Positions 55,450-63,281 of a DNA stretch of 64,000 nucleotides are shown piece by piece. Below the pieces are notes generated by a model, which ran no database searches, was not told the DNA's origin, and saw nothing but the letters and a program-made list of their open reading frames with translations. The position numbers were made by a program, and so were the translations under genes. Positions within the stretch are counted from its first letter, which is position 1, and the number at the start of each line of letters is the position of its first letter. Source of the stretch: an uncultured Leptospirales bacterium (lineage in GTDB: Bacteria > Spirochaetota > UBA4802 > UBA5550). The stretch spans positions 16,660-80,659 of the forward strand of contig CAZHAD010000003.1 of NCBI GenBank assembly GCA_964529965.1, read 5' to 3'.

Positions 55450-56175
55450 ATGCCGGAAGAATTCAAACCGGGTTGCGCGAGGCCTACGGGGGGACCCGTG
55501 GGTGAGGAGCCGGCCTCGGCCGGTTCCAAGGAACCGATCCTAATAGAGGAGGAAAAAAAGGTCATGATCCAGGTCGGAAAAAAAGCCCCTGATTTTATTG
55601 CGCCAGCGTATTATCAGGGAAAATTCGTCACTGTCAAGCTTTCGGAATATCTCGGCAAGTGGACCCTGCTCTGCTTCTATCCCGGAGATTTCACTTTCGT
55701 TTGAGCTACTGAAATTTCGGCGGTCGCCGAAAAATATCCCGAGTTCCAGAAGCTCGGAGTCAACATCCTCTCAATGAGCATCGACAGCGTGTTCGTGCAT
55801 AAAATGTGGAACGACAATGAGCTGTCCAAAATGGTGAAAGGAGGCGTGCCATTCCCCATGCTCTCGGACGCGGGAGGCAAGGTGGGATCGGCATACGGCA
55901 TCTACGACGCAGACGCCGGAGTGGAGACCCGGGGCAGGTTCATCATCGATCCCGACGGGATCGTGCAGGGATTCGAGGTCCTCACGCCGCCGGTCGGCCG
56001 CAACGTGGCCGAGTCGATACGGCAGGTGCAGGCCTTCCAGCTAGTCAGAAACAGCAAGGGCGCCGAGGCCACTCCCTCCGGATGGAAACCGGGCAAGAAG
56101 ACCCTGAAGCCGGGCCCGGACCTTGTGGGCAAAGTCTGGGAGGTTTGGAAAACAAGCATGGCCTTCGACGATTAA
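55450..56175 (+). CDS. Selenocysteine-containing peroxiredoxin (PrxU-like); UGA at 55702-55704 read as Sec
   Basis: Track ORFs 55396..55704 and 55774..56175 are in the same frame, separated only by TGA. Joined, they read [23 protein letters not shown], which is the universal FYPxDFTFVCPTE peroxidatic motif. AAGGAGG precedes ATG 55450. An alternative start at 55564 gives [11 protein letters not shown]. Confidence 0.75.
55715..55732 (+). promoter_or_regulatory. Bacterial SECIS-like hairpin downstream of the peroxiredoxin UGA
   Basis: TTTCGGC-GGTC-GCCGAAA is a 7-bp stem with a GGUC apical loop. It starts 10 nt after the UGA. Confidence 0.6.
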
Positions 56176-56190
56176 GCTCTTTTCACTACT

Positions 56191-56216
56191 CTTGCCCCCG
56201 AAATATCGGGGGCAAG
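56191..56216 (+). terminator. Hairpin after the peroxiredoxin gene
   Basis: CTTGCCCCCG-AAATAT-CGGGGGCAAG is a 10-bp perfect stem. The T-tract is weak (TCTTC). Confidence 0.45.
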
Positions 56217-56426
56217 TCTTCAAAAGGCGATTGCCGTCGGTTCCGCATGCCCGGCACCCGAAATCAACCGCCCTCGATCATTTCTTTTCTCAGAGCATCG
56301 ATCATTTCAAGTGCCTTCGCCGCTGATTTGGCCGAATCCTCGTCTTCGACTGAATTGATCGAATCAAAATCGCCGTAATCGACGTCCGTTCACGAGCCTT
56401 GATAAATAATGAACACCGGGGACTTT

Positions 56427-56915
56427 TCAGCTAATAAAAAATCCCCCCGGCTTTTCTTCAATCGATTCCGGCATCCTTTCCACAAAGTCTTTGATTTCGT
56501 CCCTGACGCGCCGGTATATGGCGAGGGCTTCCTCCTGATTCGCCGCGCTTTTCGCAAGCGTCGGGGGATCTTCAAATCCGTGGTGAACCACTTTTGTCCT
56601 TCCGGGGAATACGGGACAATGCTCGGCGGCGTGTCCGCACAACGTGATGACGAAGTCGAATTCTGTTCCGGCAAATTCATCGACGTGCTTCGAGCGCCGT
56701 CCTGAAATGTCGATTCCTATCTCGGCCATTACCTTGACCGCGAGGGGATCGACGCCGCGCGGCTCGGTGCCTGCGGAATACGCCTCAATGACGCCGCTCT
56801 TGAGCGCACCCGCAAGCCCCTCGGCCATCTGGCTACGGCAGGAGTTGCCGGTGCAGAGGAAAAGTATCTTTAATTTATTTTCCGCCAAATTACATCCGCG
56901 TCCCTGTATGATCAT
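56427..56915 (-). CDS. arsC: Arsenate reductase, LMW-PTPase/thioredoxin-coupled type
   Basis: ILFLCTGNSCRSQMAEG (CX5R loop) and the Cys pair in ITLCGHAAEHCP. The start may be downstream of 56915. Confidence 0.85.
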   Translation of the reverse strand: MIIQGRGCNLAENKLKILFLCTGNSCRSQMAEGLAGALKSGVIEAYSAGTEPRGVDPLAVKVMAEIGIDISGRRSKHVDEFAGTEFDFVITLCGHAAEHCPVFPGRTKVVHHGFEDPPTLAKSAANQEEALAIYRRVRDEIKDFVERMPESIEEKPGGFFIS

Positions 56916-57040
56916 TTGAAAAGCCAGTCATATCTCACAACGATGTATATTCACCTGAATTTTCAATCATTAATTCTTCCGTTTCCATAAGTTGAAGTAT
57001 TTTATCTCGGCATTATAACATCGAGGGCGGTATAAACAAA

Positions 57041-57063
57041 GCTCGCGGCAGGATACCGCGAGC
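57041..57063 (-). terminator. Intrinsic terminator after the rhodanese gene
   Basis: The minus strand reads GCTCGCGG-TATCCTG-CCGCGAGC followed by TTTGTTTAT. A perfect TATAAT (57017-57012, minus strand) follows and may be the arsC promoter -10. Confidence 0.55.
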
Positions 57064-57163
57064 ATGTAAGGTATCAACGACCTAGTCGCTTCAACGGCAG
57101 CACAGACGGCCGTGAAGGCACCCGTGACGGTCGTTTCGCTTGGCTCACATTGAGAGCAGGGCC

Positions 57164-57607
57164 TTACTCTACGGGATAACCCTTTCTGGACCAGGCCTGC
57201 CAGCCACCGTCTATATTTTTGATATTCGTGTAGCCCATTCTTGTCAGATTGAAGGCGGTTAGACAGGCACGTCCGCCCGACTTGCAATAAATAATGATTT
57301 GAGCGGCTTTATCAGGGATCTTGCTCGTGACCTTAAACTCGATAAGACCCCTCGGAATATTAATTGCATTAGGCACATGACCGGCCTTATACTCCTTTGG
57401 CTCTCTCACATCGAGAAAAATAACACCGCTCTTGCCGAGCATGGCTTTGGCTTTATCCACAGAAATGGAAACAACTGATTTCTTCGCCTCGTCAACGAGG
57501 TCTTTGGCGGTCATATCCTTGGCTAAAGAAAAATCGACCTTGAAAACGAAAGCAAAGCCAATCATTAAGATCACTGTCAAGCGAAGAAGCAAATTTTTTT
57601 CTCTCAT
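57164..57607 (-). CDS. Periplasmic rhodanese-domain sulfurtransferase
   Basis: Signal peptide MREKNLLLRLTVILMIGFAFVF. Active-site loop YCKSGGRA. Rhodanese core FLDVREPKEYKAGHVPNAINIP. Confidence 0.85.
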   Translation of the reverse strand: MREKNLLLRLTVILMIGFAFVFKVDFSLAKDMTAKDLVDEAKKSVVSISVDKAKAMLGKSGVIFLDVREPKEYKAGHVPNAINIPRGLIEFKVTSKIPDKAAQIIIYCKSGGRACLTAFNLTRMGYTNIKNIDGGWQAWSRKGYPVE

Positions 57608-57703
57608 GAAGCTCTCTCCTTACTTTTAATTTTTAAATAAAACCCGTAGTTTGTAAAAATGTATTGAATCCATCGGAACAACCCACATCCGCTCCACGTT
57701 GAA

Positions 57704-59050
57704 CTAGCGATCCCGCATTTCGGAAATCCTTTCGGGTACCTTGTCAACCGGAACGATAACGCTCTCATTCGCTTTAAGCTCGCTGTCGACGACATCTTTC
57801 TTGAGAAGAAATAACGATTCGTTCCCGTGACACGAATTACAGCTCTTATTCTGCGACGTCTTTCTTCTGATATTATGGGGCGTCGTCATCTTCCACGTGG
57901 GAACACTGTTAAAATTCACTAAGGATCTCTTGGTATAATACTCACAAGTGCTGTCACAGACAGGTATATGCCTGAGGACGGAAAACTTTTCCGGCCTTTT
58001 CTTCGACCGCATCGGATTGAATCCGATCTTAAAGGCCATCCAGGAGGCCTTGCTCTTATAACAGGGAATCCCTCTTGTGTCGATACTCACGTGACAGGAA
58101 GTGCAATTTTTATACGGCTGGGAATGACAGACATAGCAGCTCGCTTTATCCCTGTGAATTGTATGTGTTTTAGCATTCTTAGAGTTACTGTCATAGATCT
58201 TCTTATGGCAATTTATGCACATCGGACCATTATCAACAGCGTATCGATTTTTGTATTCCTTGTCACCGCCATGCATCTCCGTACCGGTATGGCACTTCTC
58301 ACATTTCATAAATTTTTCGTAATGAACATCAGGCTTCATGTCCTTGTTCTCGCCGAAATATTCCTTTCCGATTCTGCTGCCGTGACATGCAGTGCAAACC
58401 AATTTCATGGGAGGCTTTCTCTGAAAGAGATGCCCTTCAAGGAACCCGCCATCAATAGAGTTCGGTCTGCTGATATGACACTGCCCGCAGCTGCTATGGC
58501 ACGTGCTGCAGTGATTCTTGAAGACTTTATCCATTTTTTTCCGAATTGCCTTATCGGAGCCCGCCCTCTTGTAGAGCGCCGTTTTAAAAGGCTTCAGGGT
58601 AACGTGAAGGCTCTTTCCGTAATTCTTTACTATGTCATCGTGACAATCACCGCAGACCTTCCCTGCATCGGGATAGGTCGGGTCTTTAACCACGCCCTTG
58701 TGTGCGGTTTTCCAATTGGGATCCCCCGGGTTGCCTCCATGGCAGGTGTGACACTCGATATTTCCGTGGTTTTCATCCTCAAGAATGTCACTGTCTACGA
58801 AGATCTTTTCATGCGGGGCCAACGGCTCCACCTCACCGCCTCATCCCTCACCCTCATTGGCAGGTTTAATTACCGGCCTTGTTTTGGCGATCTCCCTGGT
58901 TATTTCAATCAACGTGCGTGCATTTGTATGGCACTTGAAGCACTGGCTTGCAGGTACCTCGGCGCCGAAGGGTTCGCCCTGCATGAGAAGCAGACAGGAT
59001 ACAACGAAAAGACAAAATAACCCGGCAATGCCCAAATATTTCCCCATCAA
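57704..59050 (-). CDS. Multihaem c-type cytochrome (10 CxxCH + 1 upstream CxxCH); the signal-peptide segment is joined through an in-frame UGA (58843-58841), so a possible selenoprotein
   Basis: Track ORFs 58841..59050 (signal peptide + CFKCH) and 57704..58831 (GTG start, no signal peptide, 10 CxxCH) are in the same frame. They are separated by TGA-GGC-GGT-GAG. The fused reading is ...PANEGEG-U-GGEVEPLAPHE.... Confidence 0.55.
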
Positions 59051-59259
59051 TACGTTTACCTCATAATAATTGTTAAAGCGTCTGAAAGATGATGAATTAC
59101 TGGATTATTTCAGCTCCAATCAGCCGCCTTGAAGTCCTAATTTAAAATCCATTCCTCAAAAATAAATACCCTTCCCTCCGATCATCATATTACGTTCAGC
59201 CGGATAATTGATAATTGACTGCGGTATTGGTCACTATTCCTTCGGGGTGGAATGCTGCA

Positions 59260-59607
59260 CTATTTAATCCTTTTCGAAAACAGCTTTGATCTCAACTGCA
59301 TTATTTCAATAATACCCTCTCTAATCGTTTTATATCCTTTGATAATTTTAGGATTGGCTATCTGGTAAAAAACATGCTTTCCCTCTTTCCGTTCAATCAG
59401 CACCCCCCATTCCTTCATGAGACGCAGGTGCTGGGATACGTTCGAGGGCGAGATGCCGATTTTTTTAGCTAGTTCCCCAACAGAATATTTATGCCCCTCA
59501 AGGGCCCACAAGATCTGGAGCCTCTTCTCATGTGAAAAAACGCTGCAGATGCCGGCATGTATTTTAAAAATCTCTAAATCTTTATTTTCGTTCATGGCAA
59601 ATTTCAC
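59260..59607 (-). CDS. ArsR/SmtB family transcriptional regulator (lacks the CVC As(III)-binding triad)
   Basis: HEKRLQILWALEGHKYSVGELAKKIGISPSNVSQHLRLMKEWGVL winged HTH. Only one Cys (GICSVF). Confidence 0.85.
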   Translation of the reverse strand: MKFAMNENKDLEIFKIHAGICSVFSHEKRLQILWALEGHKYSVGELAKKIGISPSNVSQHLRLMKEWGVLIERKEGKHVFYQIANPKIIKGYKTIREGIIEIMQLRSKLFSKRIK

Positions 59608-59637
59608 CCGATGATGAATGCGGCTGTTAATTCATGT

Positions 59638-59674
59638 AAAATACCCCGCAGTCCCGACGAGTCGGGACGGGGTT
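59638..59674. repeat. REP-like conserved hairpin, copy 3
   Basis: AAAATACCCCGCAGTCCCGACGAGTCGGGACGGGGTT, between the IscU-like gene and arsR. Confidence 0.7.
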
Positions 59675-60016
59675 TATAGGCTTTCCTATCGAAAAGAACG
59701 GACGCGCTGTGATAAAAAGTAATTCCAAACATGCGGCTGACAAATCGCTTTCCCAAAAGCTCTTACCGGAAAAAAAACGAGCACTATTTGAAATTTAAGC
59801 GCATCAGTATAGCCATGTTCTTCAATAATTACAATCTGTTATATGCAATTATGTTTATATTCGAATATTATAATATATGAATAACTAAATATACTTGTTT
59901 CTGTCAATAAAAAATTCAGACCGGCAATTAATAAAAACGCGGTTTTCGACCGAAAGAATGCCGGCGGCGGCGCAAAAAATCAATATTACAGTCAATCTGC
60001 TCATCAGATTCGTCTT

Positions 60017-60400
60017 CTATAAATTTTCAAGACGGAGCAGGTAAACGGCCACCGCCTTGTGAAGCGTCATGACCGCGAGTATGGCGCAGTGTACGTCCTC
60101 CCCGGATAAGTCACCCAGTGCATCGATTACGCCAGCCGGCGATATCCTGAGCGCTTCCCTGATTGTTCTTCCTACGGCGAACTTTGCCGCCGTCGAACCG
60201 CATCCCACCGATGACATGCAGCCGTCGGTGTAGAATAGCGCCTCCGCAATCCGCCCGTCGGCTATGACGAGATACATCTCCATCGTGTCGCCGCACAGTC
60301 CCTTGATGAAGGCCGAACCGTCGGGATCGTTCATGCGGCCCATGTTGCCGGGAATCTTATGCCGTTCGTTCATTGGAGTCGCCCCGTTATTTCGCTCCAT
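60017..60400 (-). CDS. IscU/NifU N-terminal-like Fe-S scaffold protein
   Basis: Three conserved Cys contexts: GLCGDTMEMYL, FYTDGCMSSVGCGS and DVHCAILAV. Confidence 0.8.
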   Translation of the reverse strand: MERNNGATPMNERHKIPGNMGRMNDPDGSAFIKGLCGDTMEMYLVIADGRIAEALFYTDGCMSSVGCGSTAAKFAVGRTIREALRISPAGVIDALGDLSGEDVHCAILAVMTLHKAVAVYLLRLENL

Positions 60401-60450
60401 AGTGATCTCCCATTGAGAAGAGCGTGATGTGACGCTTAAGATTTCAGCGT

Positions 60451-60987
60451 TTAAACGATTTTGATATGGATATCAAACCCTTCATCGGGGAAGCCGTCCG
60501 CCGCTTTGCCTACGCGGTACACGGTACCGTTTTCCGCGCCCGGCGGTATGGCAACCGATACTTTACTGAAGCCGGAAGGCCCTTCCATGATGAATTCCCG
60601 CTCGGCGCCTATTCGAGCCTCCTCCGGCGAAAGCTCCACCACGCAGGCAAAGACGAAGGCTGCACGCCGGCCGAACTTACCGCGCCTTCCGCAGCACCCG
60701 CGACCCCGGCCATACATGGCCGCCCCCATGCCTCCCGGCCGCATGAAAAAATCCATTCCATAAGGGACCCCGCGGGCGCGCGACAGGTCATAAGCCCTCC
60801 TCTTTAATGGGTCGGCAAGCACATCATAGGCGACGACGATCTCCTTGAATTTCCTTTCGGCCTCCTGGTCTCCTGGATTTTTATCTGGATGATATTTCAG
60901 CGCAAGCCTGCGAAAAGCAGTTTTGATTTCGCCTTGCGAGGCGCCGTCGCTTATATCCAGCGCTGAATAGTAATCGCGAGCATACAT
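60451..60987 (-). CDS. DnaJ-domain protein with a short C-terminal domain
   Basis: [36 protein letters not shown]. Followed by a Gly/Arg-rich linker and a DnaJ-C-like fragment. Confidence 0.8.
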   Translation of the reverse strand: MYARDYYSALDISDGASQGEIKTAFRRLALKYHPDKNPGDQEAERKFKEIVVAYDVLADPLKRRAYDLSRARGVPYGMDFFMRPGGMGAAMYGRGRGCCGRRGKFGRRAAFVFACVVELSPEEARIGAEREFIMEGPSGFSKVSVAIPPGAENGTVYRVGKAADGFPDEGFDIHIKIV

Positions 60988-60990
60988 TTT

Positions 60991-61460
60991 TTATCTGCCT
61001 TTTTTATATTCGCGTAAGCCTCTCTCCCTGGCCGTTGTTTCGGTAATCGAATCCTGCCATCCGTTACGCGTCGAATCTATCCGATCAAACCTTTTTACAT
61101 AGGGTTTTATATCAATAACGGGAGTGCCGTCAAGGACATCAAGATCGTCACAAGGTACAGCGTGCTGCCCTCGATCCCGAGGAGCTGTACGATGCTCAGG
61201 CCTATCGGGTTCGGCCTTGCGGGTAAGCGTGTCGCGAACAGGCCCCTTTCCGCATCGTCCAGGAAAGGTCTCACCAGCAGCTTGGCGGAACCGGCGCGGT
61301 GGAGATAGTAAATAATATAAATATGGGAAAATTCCTCCAGGTCTTTCAAACCCTCCGCGTATTCAGAAAATATCTCCGCGTATCCGCGGCAGCCGTTCGA
61401 CTAGGCGGGCTGGACCGGCGTTTCAGAAGTATCTGCATGTTCGCTGTGGATGACTCCGAT
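60991..61460 (-). pseudogene. TrmO/TsaA (YaeB) family methyltransferase with three lesions (no start codon, in-frame TAG, frameshift)
   Basis: The reading frame starts at ATC directly after the upstream stop (IGVIHSEHADTSETPVQPA). TAG lies at 61403-61401. Then SNGCRGYAEIFSEYAEGLKDLEEFSHIY...ATRLPARPNPIGLS. A frameshift near 61144-61148 restores LDVLDGTPVIDIKPYVKRFD... up to the stop at 60991-60993. Confidence 0.7.
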
Positions 61461-61463
61461 TTA

Positions 61464-62120
61464 TCAATCGCTGTTTTTCCGTCGCGCCGAATACAATATC
61501 TGCCACTCGTCCTCGACAACACTCACATCGAAATTAAATTCCTTCATGTAAGCGCCAACGATGCTGAAATCGCCCGGTTTCCTCTCATGGGTCCTCCCCT
61601 CAAACCTGTGAACCCGTTCAACGGCGTCGAAACCTTTTTCGGTAAAATCGGAAACGACGATCTGCCTGTCCGCAATCCGCATCATTTCTCTCATAACCTT
61701 GAATAGAAAATCGAGATGATGAAAAGTAAATGCCGATACGACCGCATCAAAGCTCTTATCCGGGTAGCCAAGCTTACCCGCGTCCGCCGTTACGAATTCA
61801 ATCTTATGTAATAGACCGTAATACGCCGCGTTAAGCATCGCCGTTCGATGCTCATTGCCGTCAAGCCCAACAGAAACAATTCTGTCAAAAGACCTGGCCA
61901 GCATAACCGTACAGTACCCCCTCCCGGTACCAATCTCAAGAACCGATTTGTTATGTTCAGACACCTGGTTGACAAATCTCCTCCGCGCCTCTTCCTGATC
62001 GAACCCGTATCTCTTATAAAGAGCCATTCTCTCAGAGAAAAAAGCATGGTTGACGGCAATGTCTTCATCCGAAGCGCCTTCCGCAATATTCAAGTTCGCG
62101 CAATCCCTGTCCGCGTTCAT
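61464..62120 (-). CDS. Class I SAM-dependent methyltransferase
   Basis: Motif I VLEIGTGRGYCT. DAVVSAFTFHHL. Confidence 0.8.
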   Translation of the reverse strand: MNADRDCANLNIAEGASDEDIAVNHAFFSERMALYKRYGFDQEEARRRFVNQVSEHNKSVLEIGTGRGYCTVMLARSFDRIVSVGLDGNEHRTAMLNAAYYGLLHKIEFVTADAGKLGYPDKSFDAVVSAFTFHHLDFLFKVMREMMRIADRQIVVSDFTEKGFDAVERVHRFEGRTHERKPGDFSIVGAYMKEFNFDVSVVEDEWQILYSARRKNSD

Positions 62121-62431
62121 GTTTGATCGTCCTTCTCATTAATCATGGAGGTGATCATGTCCGCCATCCGATGTCCGACAACCGTGACCGTCACGCCGCT
62201 GACCCCCTCCAGTCTCTCAAGGGCCTCCCTGATACGAAATGCCAGCGGCAACACCAGCGGGCACTCGGGAGACGATGGGCGGAACTCCATAGAGACCGCG
62301 CCCCCGCCGTTTATCGACAGGTTTCGTATCAGCCCCATGCTCATCACATCCATGTTGGTGCCTGGGTCGGTTACTTCCTTGAGCCTTTGATGAAGCCGTT
62401 CCATCATATCCATCGCCCACTCACGTTTCAA
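62117..62431 (-). CDS. DUF59 (MIP18/SufT-like) Fe-S assembly domain protein
   Basis: LKEVTDPGTNMDVMSMGLIRNLSI...FRPSSPECPL. 4-nt overlap with the methyltransferase gene. Confidence 0.7.
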   Translation of the reverse strand: MKREWAMDMMERLHQRLKEVTDPGTNMDVMSMGLIRNLSINGGGAVSMEFRPSSPECPLVLPLAFRIREALERLEGVSGVTVTVVGHRMADMITSMINEKDDQT

Positions 62432-63281
62432 GACGGCCCCGTATGCGTTCCCACATTTTTTTCACCTCAGCGGTAACTTCCCCGCAATCGTGTTCCACCA
62501 CGGACTTGCGCAGTATCATGGCCTTGGTTACCTCCGGGTCGTACCGTATCTTCCCCGCGACATCGAGTCCTTTTGCCGCACAGTACTCCTCGATGGTTGA
62601 CGCATTATAGGGATTGATGTCGCACTTGTTGATGCATACCATAACCGGTATGTCAAAGTGCGCTGCCACATCAACCACGCGTTTGAGGTCATGGATGCCC
62701 GAAAGCGTCGGTTCCGTGACGGCCAGAAGAAGATCCGCGCCGGTGATCGAGGCTATTACCGGACAGCCGATACCCGGCGGCCCGTCCGTGATAATCGTGG
62801 GGGTAGCTTCCCCTTCCGCGGCATTTGACGCCAGCTGGCGCACCAGGGTCACCAGTTTGCCGGAGTTCTCTTCTGCGATGCCGAGCCGGGCGTGCGTCAT
62901 GGTCCCGGCTCTGGTATGCGATATGAACCACCTGCCCGAGATGGCGCGCTCCATGGCGATCGCCTCTTCCGGGCAGGTCCGCGCGCAAAAGGCGCACCCC
63001 TCGCAGGACACCGGGTCGACGGTGAAATCGTGTATGGCGTCGAAGCGGCAGAGGCTCTCGCAAAGACCGCAGCGCGTGCATTTCGATTCGTCAATGACGG
63101 CTATCTTTCCCCCGAGAAAATCGCCGGTTTCCACGCTTTCCGGATCCAGTATGAGATGGAGGTCCGCCGCGTCGACGTCGCAGTCGGCGATTACCGGGGC
63201 CTTCGCCAGCATCGAGAGCGCCGCCGTGATGCTGGTTTTCCCTGTCCCACCCTTACCGCTTATGACAGTGAGCTTTTTCAT
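62421..63281 (-). CDS. MinD/ParA-class P-loop ATPase with inserted ferredoxin module (COG1149-like), type 2 paralogue
   Basis: MKKLTVISGKGGTGKTS. CTRCGLCESLCRFDA and CEGCAFCARTCPEEA motifs. DGPPGIGCP. Colinear with 52319..53182. Confidence 0.85.
   Translation of the reverse strand: MKKLTVISGKGGTGKTSITAALSMLAKAPVIADCDVDAADLHLILDPESVETGDFLGGKIAVIDESKCTRCGLCESLCRFDAIHDFTVDPVSCEGCAFCARTCPEEAIAMERAISGRWFISHTRAGTMTHARLGIAEENSGKLVTLVRQLASNAAEGEATPTIITDGPPGIGCPVIASITGADLLLAVTEPTLSGIHDLKRVVDVAAHFDIPVMVCINKCDINPYNASTIEEYCAAKGLDVAGKIRYDPEVTKAMILRKSVVEHDCGEVTAEVKKMWERIRGRLET

Noticed and set aside
59858-59867. TATTCGAATA palindrome, with a nearby TGAATA, as an ArsR/SmtB-type operator.
   Set aside because: The sequence resembles SmtB-family half-sites, but it lies about 250 nt upstream of the arsR start, beyond the REP-like hairpin. 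Assignment is too uncertain to list as a feature.
61401-61403. The in-frame TAG in the TrmO-like gene as a pyrrolysine codon.
   Set aside because: The same gene also lacks a start codon and carries a frameshift. No pyl genes are visible. Pseudogenisation is the simpler explanation.
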